DNA of 41,770 nt, taken from contig JAZDIG010000268.1 in assembly GCA_043805105.1 (NCBI GenBank), positions 1-41,770 of the forward strand, given 5' to 3'. This document shows, piece after piece, positions 1-9,167 of the stretch. This DNA comes from Candidatus Glassbacteria bacterium (GTDB lineage: Bacteria > Gemmatimonadota > Glassbacteria > GWA2-58-10). Made by a program: the position numbers and the translations under genes. Numbering within the stretch: position 1 is the stretch's first letter; every line of letters starts with the position of its first letter. The notes under the pieces were generated by a model, which had not been told where the DNA came from, did not search any database, and saw only the letters and a list, made by a program, of their open reading frames with translations.

Positions 1-1068
1 GAACAAGCCAGAAATATCGGAGTGGAGATCAAGACCGCGGTGGATGACTTCCTCGCCGGCAGGCTCGATCAGGCCATGCCCGAGCAAGTCGACCGGCTGC
101 TGCAGGACGTGCAGAGCGATGCGTTCGACATCATGAACGCCCTCCAGGTACAGGACATCACCGCCCAGCAGATCGAGGGAGCGCATTCACTGCTCCGTTC
201 GGTCCAGGAGCGGCTCAACGTATTGATAGTCAAGTATTCGCAGGCCGAACCGCCGGCCGAGATAGTCAGGGAGACCAGGGCGTTCGACGAAGAGGCCTCA
301 TTTACCGACAGCGAGTCGCACCAGACCACGGTCGACGAAGTGTTCGGCCGGGAAGAGGAGTCCGCCGGCGAGTCCGGGGCCGAGGCCGATCAGCTTGCCG
401 AAGAGGGCGGCGAGGCGGCGGCCGCGGCCGAAGATGAGCAGGCCATGGCCGGCCAGGATGATGTCGATACCCTGTTCGACGACATGTCCGCAGAAACGAC
501 CGAAGCCGGTGCGCCTGAATCCGAGGCGTTCGAGACCCAGGAGGCTGCCGGAGAGCCGGCCGGCCAGGAGGATATCGACGAGTTGCTGGACTGGGGCGGC
601 GACGAGGAAAAAGCGGTGGGAACCGCCGCCTCGGCCGAACCAACCCTCGATGAAATGGTGGAGGCCGAAATCGCCGAAAAAGAAGTAGCCAGCGTTGAGA
701 TTTCTGTCGAAGAGCTGTTTGCAGCGGAGCCGACGGCTGAGGCTGCGGAGCCGGAAGAAGAAGTGGCCACCGACGAAGACCAGTCAGCCGGGGAAGAAAC
801 CCTTGCGCCGGAGACTGTGGTTGAAGAAGCGGCTCCTGCGGAAGAGAAACCGGCCGCTGCCCTGCCGGTAGCCGAAGAGCTGACAGAAGAAGAGGCCGCC
901 GGCAAAGAAGCCGGAATGGAAACCGGGGAAGCCGTGGCAGCCCCGGAAGAACCGCCCGCGGAAGAGCAAGAGCCGGAAAGCGACGTGGGAAAAGCCGGAA
1001 AGCAGGCTAAAGCGGACGAGAAGCAGGTGAGTATCAGCCAGGAAGAGATCGATAAACTCTTCGAGTAA
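1..1068 (+). CDS. CheZ-like CheY-P phosphatase with a long acidic E/A/P-rich extension; 5' end probably cut by the window edge
   Basis: Frame 1 is open from nt 1. ALQVQDITAQQIEGAHSLLRSVQERLNVLIV resembles the E. coli CheZ active-site helix ([23 protein letters not shown]), with the D-x-x-x-Q catalytic pair kept as DITAQ. The C-terminus SQEEIDKLFE resembles the CheZ C-terminal CheY-binding peptide. The remaining roughly 250 aa are low complexity. Confidence 0.6.
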   Translation, partial: EQARNIGVEIKTAVDDFLAGRLDQAMPEQVDRLLQDVQSDAFDIMNALQVQDITAQQIEGAHSLLRSVQERLNVLIVKYSQAEPPAEIVRETRAFDEEASFTDSESHQTTVDEVFGREEESAGESGAEADQLAEEGGEAAAAAEDEQAMAGQDDVDTLFDDMSAETTEAGAPESEAFETQEAAGEPAGQEDIDELLDWGGDEEKAVGTAASAEPTLDEMVEAEIAEKEVASVEISVEELFAAEPTAEAAEPEEEVATDEDQSAGEETLAPETVVEEAAPAEEKPAAALPVAEELTEEEAAGKEAGMETGEAVAAPEEPPAEEQEPESDVGKAGKQAKADEKQVSISQEEIDKLFE

Positions 1069-1097
1069 TGGCTGCCGGGATAAGCGGGGCATCGAGC

Positions 1098-1126
1098 TTG
1101 ACTTTTCCGGCCGAACTTATTAGTCT
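1098..1126 (+). promoter_or_regulatory. weak sigma70-like promoter candidate upstream of rpsU (TTGACT-N17-TAGTCT)
   Basis: Hexamers read by eye with a 17-nt spacer, about 55 nt upstream of the rpsU start. The -10 is a poor match. Confidence 0.25.
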
Positions 1127-1180
1127 TCTTCTACTCTACTGTTTTTTAAATCGTTAACCTGCTTCAGGGGAGGAACTTGC

Positions 1181-1372
1181 GTGCCAGAAGTATATATCGA
1201 TGATGGTGAATCTTTCGAAAAGGCTTTGAAGAAGTTCAAGAAAAAGTGCGAAAAAGCAGGTATTCTTTCCGATCTGCGTAAGCACAGGCATTTCGAAAAG
1301 CCGAGCGAAAAGCGCAAGCGCAAGATCAATTCTGCGAAAAGGAAACAAAAAAAGGACATTTTCCACCGCTGA
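1181..1372 (+). CDS. rpsU: 30S ribosomal protein S21
   Basis: GTG start preceded by [53 protein letters not shown] aligns with the S21 consensus (..FKRSCEKAGVL..R.R..YEKP..ERKR). Confidence 0.95.
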   Translation: MPEVYIDDGESFEKALKKFKKKCEKAGILSDLRKHRHFEKPSEKRKRKINSAKRKQKKDIFHR

Positions 1373-1440
1373 AGACCCTCATAGTACTTCCAGTGAGTAT
1401 TCAGATGTTGTTCCTTCGTGGAATATGCACCGCTTGGGAG

Positions 1441-1479
1441 AGCCTTTAACAGCCTCGATTGTTAAAGGCTTTTTTCTTT
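1441..1479 (+). terminator. intrinsic terminator after rpsU
   Basis: 11-bp stem AGCCTTTAACA / TGTTAAAGGCT with an 8-nt loop, followed by TTTTTCTTT. Confidence 0.8.
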
Positions 1480-1680
1480 GCCGGAAAGTGAGGGGAAGCC
1501 GGGCTGTGAATCGATTGAGCCTTGCCCGGAACTCCTCTAAGTAGTATTCTGCCTGAAGCGTCCGGGGCGCCGGGCCGTTCGGGCGAATGGTTGCAGGTTC
1601 CGGTTCTGCTCCCGCCGGGTGCCTCGCAGCTCGCCGCGGGCGGTTCAGCTGGCGGCAATTTTCGAGGTTTTCTTCAAATT

Positions 1681-4104
1681 ATGCTCAGTGAACAGTTACG
1701 GAATACTCTCGATTACGACCGCGTGCTCCAGGTGATTGCCGGTTACGCGGTCAGCGAGGCGGGGTACGCCGAGGTGCTGAAGATCGAGCCGACGACCGAT
1801 GCCCAGGCAATCGCCGGGCAGTTCGCCTGCCTTTCGGAAATGCTTACTCTGGTTACCGGCGGCGCCAACTTCATCCCTCCGGAAACTCCGCTCCTCACTC
1901 CCCAGATGGCGCACCTGGCTACGCCCGGCCTGATCCTGGAAGGCAAGGAGATCCTCTCGTTCGGCCGGCTGTTCGAGGGAGCGGCCGCGGTGAAGAGCTA
2001 CGTGCTGAGGCGGGAGGACTCGCTGCCGGCCTTGAGCGCTCTGGCGGGCAGGCTGGAGGAATTCCAGGAGCTGCGGCGGGACATCGAGCGGGTCTTCGAG
2101 GAAAACGGTGACGTCAGAAGCAGCGCCTCGCCGCTGCTGGGCAAGCTGCGCAAGGATGCCCGCGCTGTGCGCGAACGCATCGAGCAGCGGCTCGCCGAGA
2201 TTACCGAAAAGCTGGCCCTGGCCGGCTCCTCCGGCGAAAACTTCGTCACCCTGCGGCAGGAGCGCTACGTACTGGCGATCTTGCGCAGCGAGATGCACTC
2301 CTGTCCGGGCATCATCCAGGGCGAGAGCGGGAGCGGCAGCACGCTGTTCATCGAGCCGGAGCAGGTGGTGAGCCTCAATAACCGGTTCAGGGAGATCGAG
2401 CTCGATATCCGCCGGGAGATAATCCGGATCCTCGGCGAACTCACCGCCCGTCTGGCTGTCGAGCGCGCCGGGCTGGCCGTGGACATCGAGGTGCTGGCGC
2501 GGGTGGACAGTCTCTACGCCCGGGCGCGGTTCGCCGCCAGCTACCGCTGCAGCCGGCCGCTGGTGGGGCCCGCGCAAAAACTCAAGCTCGTGCGCGTCCG
2601 GCATCCGCTTCTGGCCGTGCGTTCGGCGGAGACCGGCCAGGTGGTGGTTCCGCTCGATCTCGAGCTCCTGCCCGGCGAAAAAACCCTGCTCGTTTCAGGC
2701 CCGAACGCTGGCGGTAAAACGGTCATGCTCAAGACCGTGGGCCTGGCCGCCCTGCTGGCTCAGAGCGGTATCTTCCCGCCGCTGGACGAGGGTTCCTGCC
2801 TGCCGGTGTTCGAAAGGGTGATCACCGCGATCGGTGACGAGCAATCGATCGACAAGGACCTGAGCAGTTTCAGCGGCCACGTGGCCGAACTGAAGGTGGC
2901 GCTGGAAGAAGGGACCGGCACGAGCCTGGTGCTGCTGGACGAGCTGGGAGTGGGCACCGATCCGGCCGAGGGGGCGGGGCTGGCCGCTGCCGTGCTGGAG
3001 CGCCTGACCCTGATGGGCTGCCTGACCATCGCCACCACGCATTACGGCGAGCTCAAGGTGCTTCACGAACAGCTCACGGGCCTGGTCAACGGCTCCCTGG
3101 AGTTCGACCCGCAGCGGATGCGGCCCACTTTCATCTTCCGCAAGGGCCTGCCGGGCCAGAGCTATGGACTCGACATCGCCCGTAACATGGGCCTCGACGA
3201 CAGTCTGCTCGGCCGCGCCCGCCATTACATGAGCGGGGCGGTGGTCAACGTCAACGACTATGTCAGCCGCCTCGAAAAGAAACACAAAGAGCTGGAAGCC
3301 GAAATCGAAAAAGTGCGGCAGCGAAAGGCCCACCTGGAAGTACGGTCGGCCGCTCTGCAGGCGGCCGAATCCGACCTCGAGCGCCGGGCCGCCGAAATCA
3401 CCCGGCAGGAAAAGACTTTCGAAAGCCGGATGGAGGAGCGCCTGCGCCGGGCAATGCTGGATGCCCGCCGCGAAGTGGAGGAAGCGATTGGCCGCCTGGA
3501 GAGCGAGTACGCCGAATCGGACCGCCAGGAAGCGGCCCGCAAAGCCCGCCGGGAAGTGGAGCGCCGGGTGAGCGAGCTGGAACGTCCTCCCGCGCCGGAA
3601 GAAGGCGTAGTCAGCGGAACGCCTGCCGGAACTGTGGAGATAAGCCTGGGCGACAAGGTGCGCGTGGCCGGACTGGGCCTGGTGGGGGAAGTGGCCGAGG
3701 GGCCGGATGCCGCCGGCCGCTATACCGTGGTCGCCGGCCGGGCCCGGGTGAGCCTGACGCGGGATGAGCTGGAAAAAATCGGCGGCCCGAAAAAACCCGC
3801 TGCAAAAAGCGGCGGCTACGAATTGAGCGCCCCGGATAGCTCCGACGCCGTGAATCGTGATCTCATGCGCCTCGACATCCGCGGCCTGCGGGTCGATGAA
3901 GTGGGGCTCGAACTTGACCGTTTCATCACCAGCGCGGTGCTGGAAGGCCTCAAAGAGGTGTTGGTGGTCCACGGTAAGGGCACCGGCGCCCTGCGCCAGA
4001 AAGTAGCGGAAATGTTAGCCGGGGACCGCCGGGTCCAAAGCTTCCGGCTGGGCGGCTACTACGAGGGTGGGATCGGCGCCACCGTGGTGATCCTTGCCGG
4101 CTGA
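1681..4104 (+). CDS. mutS2: endonuclease MutS2 (MutS domain V ATPase plus C-terminal Smr domain)
   Basis: Walker A GPNAGGKT, TTHYGELK, long coiled-coil linker, and a C-terminal Smr-like DIRGLRVDEV...VVHGKGTGALR. Start set at ATG 1681 (MLSEQLRNTLDYDRVL, a typical MutS2 N-terminus). The 1522 start in the ORF track adds a P/G-rich, non-homologous extension. Confidence 0.9.
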   Translation: MLSEQLRNTLDYDRVLQVIAGYAVSEAGYAEVLKIEPTTDAQAIAGQFACLSEMLTLVTGGANFIPPETPLLTPQMAHLATPGLILEGKEILSFGRLFEGAAAVKSYVLRREDSLPALSALAGRLEEFQELRRDIERVFEENGDVRSSASPLLGKLRKDARAVRERIEQRLAEITEKLALAGSSGENFVTLRQERYVLAILRSEMHSCPGIIQGESGSGSTLFIEPEQVVSLNNRFREIELDIRREIIRILGELTARLAVERAGLAVDIEVLARVDSLYARARFAASYRCSRPLVGPAQKLKLVRVRHPLLAVRSAETGQVVVPLDLELLPGEKTLLVSGPNAGGKTVMLKTVGLAALLAQSGIFPPLDEGSCLPVFERVITAIGDEQSIDKDLSSFSGHVAELKVALEEGTGTSLVLLDELGVGTDPAEGAGLAAAVLERLTLMGCLTIATTHYGELKVLHEQLTGLVNGSLEFDPQRMRPTFIFRKGLPGQSYGLDIARNMGLDDSLLGRARHYMSGAVVNVNDYVSRLEKKHKELEAEIEKVRQRKAHLEVRSAALQAAESDLERRAAEITRQEKTFESRMEERLRRAMLDARREVEEAIGRLESEYAESDRQEAARKARREVERRVSELERPPAPEEGVVSGTPAGTVEISLGDKVRVAGLGLVGEVAEGPDAAGRYTVVAGRARVSLTRDELEKIGGPKKPAAKSGGYELSAPDSSDAVNRDLMRLDIRGLRVDEVGLELDRFITSAVLEGLKEVLVVHGKGTGALRQKVAEMLAGDRRVQSFRLGGYYEGGIGATVVILAG

Positions 4105-4149
4105 GCCGGGTCGATTTACAACCTGCCTGCCATCGGACGGTGCGAAATC

Positions 4150-5955
4150 ATGGCCTCCTACCTCCCGGACGATTTCATCGATTCCCTGCGGGAACAGACT
4201 GACATCGTTGCCGTCATCAACCAGTACGTACCCCTGAAGAAGCGGGGACAGACCTGGGTGGGCCTCTGTCCCTTCCACGCAGAAAAGACCCCGTCTTTCA
4301 CGGTCACTCCCGGCCGGGGCATCTTCAAGTGCTTCGGCTGCGGCAAGGGCGGAGACGTCTACAGCTTCCTGATGGAGCACCAGAAGCTCACATTCAGCCA
4401 GGCTTGCGAGCTCCTGGCCGAAAGGGCCGGCATCCCGCTGCCGAAGGCGAAAGTGGAGCAGCAGGAGGATTCGGCGCGCAAGCGGCTGTTTTACGCCCAT
4501 GAATTCGCCCGCGGGTTCTACCACGACACCCTTACCGGCAGCCAGGACGGCCAGCCGGCTCTGGAATACCTGACCGGCCGCGGGCTCGACCGGGCGCTGA
4601 TCGACGAGTTCGCCCTGGGCTGGTCCGGGCCGGGCCGGGACACCTTCAAAAAAGCCGCGCTCCAGCACGGTCTGGAAGAGGAGGACCTGATAGTCGCAGG
4701 CTTACTCACCCGAGCCGAGGATTCCGGCGAGACATTCGACCGCTTCCGCAGCCGCGTTATGTTTCCGATCCGCGACACCAGGGGCCGCACTGTCGGATTC
4801 GGCGGAAGGGTGCTGGACGACAGCCAGCCCAAGTACCTGAACACGGCAGACACACCGCTGTTCCACAAGGGGGAGCTCCTGTTCGGGCTGGACCGGGCGC
4901 GCGGCGAAATCAGCCGGAAAAGCTCCGCGGTGATCGTCGAGGGTTACATGGACCTCCTGAGCCTCTGGCAGCATGGGGTGCATGATGTAGTCGCGCCGCT
5001 GGGCACCGCCCTCACCGCCGAACAGGCCCGCCTGGTCGGCCGCTACGCGCGGGAGGTGTTCCTGCTCTATGATGCCGACGCCGCCGGGCTTAAGGCCACT
5101 TTCCGTGGCGGGGACGAACTGCTGGAAGCCGGAGTCAATGTGCGGGTGGCCACTCTGCCCCGCGGATTCGACCCGGACGATTTCATCCGGAAGAAGGGTG
5201 AAGCGGCCTACCGTGAGCTGCTCGCCGCCGCCGGCGATTTCCTCGACCGCAAAATCGAAATCCTGGGCCAGCGCCTGGACCTCGATCTGGTTTCCGAACG
5301 GGAGAAAGCGGCGGACAAGTGCCTGGAGACAGTGGCCCGCTGCCGGGACGAGCTGGTGCGAAACCTCTACCTGAAAAAAACCGCGGAGTTTATCGGAGTG
5401 CCGGAGGGCGTGCTGGCCGAGCGGCTGAGCCGGATCAGGTCGCAGAGTCCCCGGCGGCCGGGGCCGGGAAGGGTCCCGGCAGCCGGGGCCAGGCCTGGCC
5501 GTGCCGCCGAGGAGCGCGCGGAATTCTATTTGCTTACGGTGTGTATTAATAATCCTGAGTACATCGAGATGACCCAAGAATACCTTGGAAATGAACCGTT
5601 TACAAATACTAAGTACAAAGAAATCTTTAATGAATTACTTAAAGCTTATAAGGCAGAAGTGAAAAATATTATAGAGGCCTTATATCTAAATCTTCCGGAA
5701 TCTTACAAAGAATTGATAGTATCTCTAAAAGAAAATAAGTATGAGATAGGCCCGGTAAATGAAGCTTTTGATCGATGGTATAAGACTTTAAGAGTAAGAC
5801 AGATTAAATTGGAAATGGACGAGAACTTACTAAGATACAAAGAGGATGTGAATCTTTATAATGAAAAAGAAAAGCCTCTTAGAGAAGAGAAATCTAAGCT
5901 GGAGAACGACCTGATTCAAAAAAGTTTAGTAGAAAAAAAAGACCACCCCCGTTGA
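4150..5955 (+). CDS. dnaG: DNA primase DnaG
   Basis: Zn-finger CPFHAEKTPSFTV...FKCFGCGKGGD and TOPRIM motifs VIVEGYMDLLSL and LLYDADAAG. The C-terminal helicase-binding-like domain (from about residue 458) is encoded by AT-rich DNA. Confidence 0.93.
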   Translation: MASYLPDDFIDSLREQTDIVAVINQYVPLKKRGQTWVGLCPFHAEKTPSFTVTPGRGIFKCFGCGKGGDVYSFLMEHQKLTFSQACELLAERAGIPLPKAKVEQQEDSARKRLFYAHEFARGFYHDTLTGSQDGQPALEYLTGRGLDRALIDEFALGWSGPGRDTFKKAALQHGLEEEDLIVAGLLTRAEDSGETFDRFRSRVMFPIRDTRGRTVGFGGRVLDDSQPKYLNTADTPLFHKGELLFGLDRARGEISRKSSAVIVEGYMDLLSLWQHGVHDVVAPLGTALTAEQARLVGRYAREVFLLYDADAAGLKATFRGGDELLEAGVNVRVATLPRGFDPDDFIRKKGEAAYRELLAAAGDFLDRKIEILGQRLDLDLVSEREKAADKCLETVARCRDELVRNLYLKKTAEFIGVPEGVLAERLSRIRSQSPRRPGPGRVPAAGARPGRAAEERAEFYLLTVCINNPEYIEMTQEYLGNEPFTNTKYKEIFNELLKAYKAEVKNIIEALYLNLPESYKELIVSLKENKYEIGPVNEAFDRWYKTLRVRQIKLEMDENLLRYKEDVNLYNEKEKPLREEKSKLENDLIQKSLVEKKDHPR

Positions 5956-5980
5956 CAATTGAATAGTCCGTACTTAGATT
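5952..5980 (+). promoter_or_regulatory. sigma70-type promoter candidate (TTGACA-N17-TAGATT) overlapping the dnaG stop codon
   Basis: Perfect -35 hexamer at 5952-5957, 17-nt spacer, and TAGATT at 5975-5980. It would give a leader of about 320 nt to rpoD. Confidence 0.4.
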
Positions 5981-6306
5981 AAACGTGGTACGAAAAAATT
6001 GCTAAATAGTGATTACCGTTTAAATCTTCCGGTAAAAGAAAACCTCCCGATAACTTGCGGCTTTACAGCAAGTTGCGTGAGGTCGACTTTTCACCTGGCG
6101 GAGCGGCAGCCTTTCTCCCCCTTCCCGGAAAGCGCCAGAAATGTCCGTTGCCTCTGCAACCATCCGGCCTGCGAACACGTCAGTTAGATCGGCTTCGGCT
6201 CCCCACCACCGCAATCTTTTTCATTGTTCCCCACAAATTTCGAGCATCCTGCCCATGTATTCTGAGCCAACGTATCCTGAAATTGTCAAAGAGGTCTGAC
6301 TGACAG

Positions 6307-7971
6307 ATGGTTCGAACAGCTTCCAAAAGAGCCGCAGGCGGTAAAAAGGAAGATTCAGGGACCGGGATTCCCGGGCGTTTCTCCGTGGAAGCCGCCCAGG
6401 CGTTCAGGGACGGCGGCGAAACCAGCGAAGAAGACAAGCTGAACATGAGAAAGCGGCTGTTGCGCAGGAAAGAAATCGAGCCGATGAGCCGGCTGTCGGA
6501 CGACCCGGTGCGGCTTTACCTCAAGGAGATGGGCCGCGTTCCACTGCTGGCGCGGGAGGACGAGATTGCGCTGGCCCGGGTGATAGAAGCGGGCCGCAAG
6601 AAAATCAAGAGCGCGGTGTTCGATTGCCTCCTGTCCTACCGTTTGCTGCTGGAGGAAAAAGAGCGTATCGAACGGGACAGCCTGGCGATCGAGGATTTCA
6701 TCGAAACCGACCTCAGCGACTGGAAAGGCGGCTGGTTCGGCCAGCGGGAAAAGTCGCGGGTGGTCAGGCGGCTGAACGAAGCCGAAGCCAGTTACGCGAA
6801 GATTCTCGGTCTCACCTCCAGCCTGGACGGACTTTCGGAAAAACAATTGCGTCAGGTGGAAAAGGAGCTGGACGCCGAACGCCGGAGGCTCAAGCGGATG
6901 TTCATCCGCCTGCCGATCAACTTCATCCAGATCCAGCGCCTGGCTGACTCGATCCACGACATCAGCGCCGAACTGGGGGACCTGGCCCGGCGCGTCACCT
7001 ACCTCGAACGGATCATCGACCGGGTGGAAAAGGCCGCCGAGCCGTTGACGGCGGCCAGGGTCCGCCAGTACCTGGCCCGCAAGGCCGCCATGGGGTATTT
7101 CGGCGACGCCAAGGCCGATGACCTGGCTCAGTACCGCGCTGAGATCGCCGCCCGCAAACGGCGCATGGAAGTAGAGTATGGACTGGGCTCCAGGGAATTC
7201 TCCCGCCTCAGCCACCGGATCGGCAAGTACACCGAGGCGGTGAACGAGGCCAAGCAGATGCTGATCAAGGCCAACGTGCGGCTGGTGATCTCCGTGGCCA
7301 AGCGCTACATACACCGCGGTTTGGAGTTCCTGGACCTGATCCAGGAAGGCAATAAGGGGTTGATGCGCGCCACCGAAAAGTTCGATCACACCAAGGGGTA
7401 CAAGTTCAGCACTTACGCCACCTGGTGGATCCGCCAGGCCATCACCCGCGCCATCGCCGAACAGGCCAGGGTGATCCGCGTCCCGGTGCACATGATCGAG
7501 ACCCTGAACAAGGTCAACCGCATAAGCTGGAAAATGGTACAGGAGTACGGTTACGAGCCCAAGCCCGAGCAAATCAGCGCCAGGCTGGGCCTGCCGCTGG
7601 ACAAGGTGCGCGAAGTGATGAAGATCAGCCAGGAAACCATCTCGCTCAACGACTTCATCAAGGACAGCGGCGACAGCTCGATCGAGGACCTGATCGAGGA
7701 TACGCAGACCGATTCGCCGGCCAAGACCGCGGCCTTTTCCATGCTGCGCGACCAGATCGCCAATGCCCTCAACACCCTCACCAGCCGTGAGGAAAAGGTG
7801 ATCCGCCTGCGCTTCGGCATCGACGACGGCTGCCCCCGCACCCTCGAAGAAGTGGGCGCGATCTTCAACGTCACCCGCGAGCGGGTGCGCCAGATCGAAT
7901 CCAAGGCGCTGAGCAAGCTGAGGCATCCCAGCCGCAGCGGAATCCTGCGAAAGTACATGTTCTTCAACTGA
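6307..7971 (+). CDS. rpoD: RNA polymerase primary sigma factor (sigma70 family, group 1)
   Basis: Region 1.2 [11 protein letters not shown], region 2 [52 protein letters not shown], and region 4 [28 protein letters not shown]. The exact start is uncertain; internal Met codons exist. Confidence 0.93.
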   Translation: MVRTASKRAAGGKKEDSGTGIPGRFSVEAAQAFRDGGETSEEDKLNMRKRLLRRKEIEPMSRLSDDPVRLYLKEMGRVPLLAREDEIALARVIEAGRKKIKSAVFDCLLSYRLLLEEKERIERDSLAIEDFIETDLSDWKGGWFGQREKSRVVRRLNEAEASYAKILGLTSSLDGLSEKQLRQVEKELDAERRRLKRMFIRLPINFIQIQRLADSIHDISAELGDLARRVTYLERIIDRVEKAAEPLTAARVRQYLARKAAMGYFGDAKADDLAQYRAEIAARKRRMEVEYGLGSREFSRLSHRIGKYTEAVNEAKQMLIKANVRLVISVAKRYIHRGLEFLDLIQEGNKGLMRATEKFDHTKGYKFSTYATWWIRQAITRAIAEQARVIRVPVHMIETLNKVNRISWKMVQEYGYEPKPEQISARLGLPLDKVREVMKISQETISLNDFIKDSGDSSIEDLIEDTQTDSPAKTAAFSMLRDQIANALNTLTSREEKVIRLRFGIDDGCPRTLEEVGAIFNVTRERVRQIESKALSKLRHPSRSGILRKYMFFN

Positions 7972-8015
7972 TTGTTTCCCGCCTCACTCCGGCCAGATGT
8001 CCTCCCAGAATAAAG

Positions 8016-8044
8016 TTGACAAAGACCCTGCCAAAAGTTATTTT
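8016..8044 (+). promoter_or_regulatory. sigma70-type promoter for the tRNA pair (TTGACA-N17-TATTTT)
   Basis: Consensus -35 with a 17-nt spacer, about 50 nt upstream of the first tRNA. The architecture is the same as at 34927-34955. Confidence 0.55.
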
Positions 8045-8093
8045 CAATTCCTTGTAATAGTCTTAGGACGAGCCCTCAGTGCCAGAGTATCGA

Positions 8094-8170
<77 letters not shown>

Positions 8171-8187
8171 GATATGGAAACTTGCGT

Positions 8188-8265
8188 GGGCGATTGGCTC
8201 AGCTGGTCTAGAGCGTCCGGTTCACATCCGGAAGATCACTGGTTCAAATCCAGTATCGCCCACCA
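8188..8265 (+). tRNA. tRNA-Val (anticodon CAC), CCA encoded
   Basis: Acceptor GGGCGAT/ATCGCCC, anticodon arm TCCGG-TTCACAT-CCGGA, T arm ACTGG-TTCAAAT-CCAGT. Confidence 0.9.
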
Positions 8266-8344
8266 TAAATTTGAAAAAAACGATCATGGATAAATGAACC
8301 GTTCCAATCATAATCGAATCTGTCTGACAATCAGGCCTTTACAC

Positions 8345-8384
8345 AAAAAGTGTACTGTCCCTCAGGGCAGTACACTTTTTTTTT
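8345..8384 (+). terminator. intrinsic terminator after the tRNA pair
   Basis: 11-bp stem GTGTACTGTCC / GGGCAGTACAC (one G-T pair) with loop CTCA, followed by T9. An A5 run lies upstream. Confidence 0.85.
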
Positions 8385-8413
8385 GAGCAGGGAAAATTCC
8401 GGACTGCCGAAAG

Positions 8414-8422
8414 TGGTACAAT
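8414..8422 (+). promoter_or_regulatory. extended -10 promoter candidate (TGgTACAAT) for the Zn-ribbon gene
   Basis: TG-N-TACAAT sits 32 nt upstream of ATG 8454. No good -35 is present. Confidence 0.3.
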
Positions 8423-8453
8423 CATTTTACACGGCTCAAGCGGGAGGAAGACG

Positions 8454-9167
8454 ATGGTAGATATAGGGGTCCTGCTCGAGCTCCAGGATCTCGACCTCGA
8501 TTTGCACCGTTTCCGGGATGAACGCGGGAATATACCCGAGCAGATCGGGGAAGTGGAAGGTGAATGCCACCGGGTGAAAGAGGAGCTCGAGGCCCAGGAA
8601 GCTGCCCTGAAGGCCCTGAAGGTGACCATTCGGGAGATAGAGGGTAAGGTCGCTCAGCTCGAAGAGCTGTCCAACCGTTACAAACAGCATCTCCTGACTG
8701 TCAAGACCAACCGCGAGTATTCGGCGCTGCTGACCGAAATCGAGGCCGCCAAGCAGGAAAAAGAAGAACTGGAAGACGTGATCCTGCAGAACCTGGAAAA
8801 AGTTGAATCCGCTACGGCCGGAATCCAGGAGACGAAGAATAAACTCGTGGAGCTGGAAAAACAGCGCCAGGAAAAAAAGATCGAGCTGGAGGGGCGGCTC
8901 AAGGACGTGAGCGGGGAAATCACTGGGCTGGAAAAGAAACGGGCAGAGCTTACGAAGCGGATTAACGGTAATATTCTGAGACAGTACGAGAGGATAATGA
9001 ACTCCCGCGTCTCCCGCGCCGTGGTGCCGCTGCACAATGGGAGCTGCGGCGGGTGTTTTGCGCACGTCCCGCTGCAGATGGTGGCCAATATCCGGATCGG
9101 CAGCCAGGTTTACAACTGCGACTACTGCGGGCGGATCCTCTACTACGACGAAAAGCACGGAGTTTGA
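8454..9167 (+). CDS. coiled-coil protein with C-terminal C4 zinc ribbon (COG1579-like, putative nucleic-acid binding)
   Basis: GGGAGGA SD. Long heptad-rich E/K/L sequence ending in CGGCFAHVP...NCDYCGRILYY (CxxC...CxxC). Confidence 0.8.
   Translation: MVDIGVLLELQDLDLDLHRFRDERGNIPEQIGEVEGECHRVKEELEAQEAALKALKVTIREIEGKVAQLEELSNRYKQHLLTVKTNREYSALLTEIEAAKQEKEELEDVILQNLEKVESATAGIQETKNKLVELEKQRQEKKIELEGRLKDVSGEITGLEKKRAELTKRINGNILRQYERIMNSRVSRAVVPLHNGSCGGCFAHVPLQMVANIRIGSQVYNCDYCGRILYYDEKHGV

Noticed and set aside
1522-1680. 53-codon P/G/A-rich N-terminal extension of mutS2 in the ORF track.
   Set aside because: The MutS2-like sequence begins at Met 1681, and the extension looks like translated GC-rich leader. 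It cannot be fully excluded without proteomics.
5521-5526. An EcoRI site (GAATTC) exactly at the GC-content breakpoint in dnaG, which could suggest a cloning artefact.
   Set aside because: A single 6-mer is expected by chance. The frame and domain logic are continuous across it, so I cannot conclude an artefact from this alone. Read mapping is the proper test.
6355-7926. 523-aa ORF antisense to rpoD. Similar long antisense ORFs occur at 2695-3972, 14867-16711, 18239-19303, 20287-22479, 22218-23732, 28329-29984 and 33296-34729.
   Set aside because: Each lies entirely opposite a confidently identified conserved gene, and the translations are Arg/Gly/Pro/His-rich with no recognisable motifs. 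High GC3 in the real frame suppresses stop codons on the opposite strand, so these are shadow ORFs.
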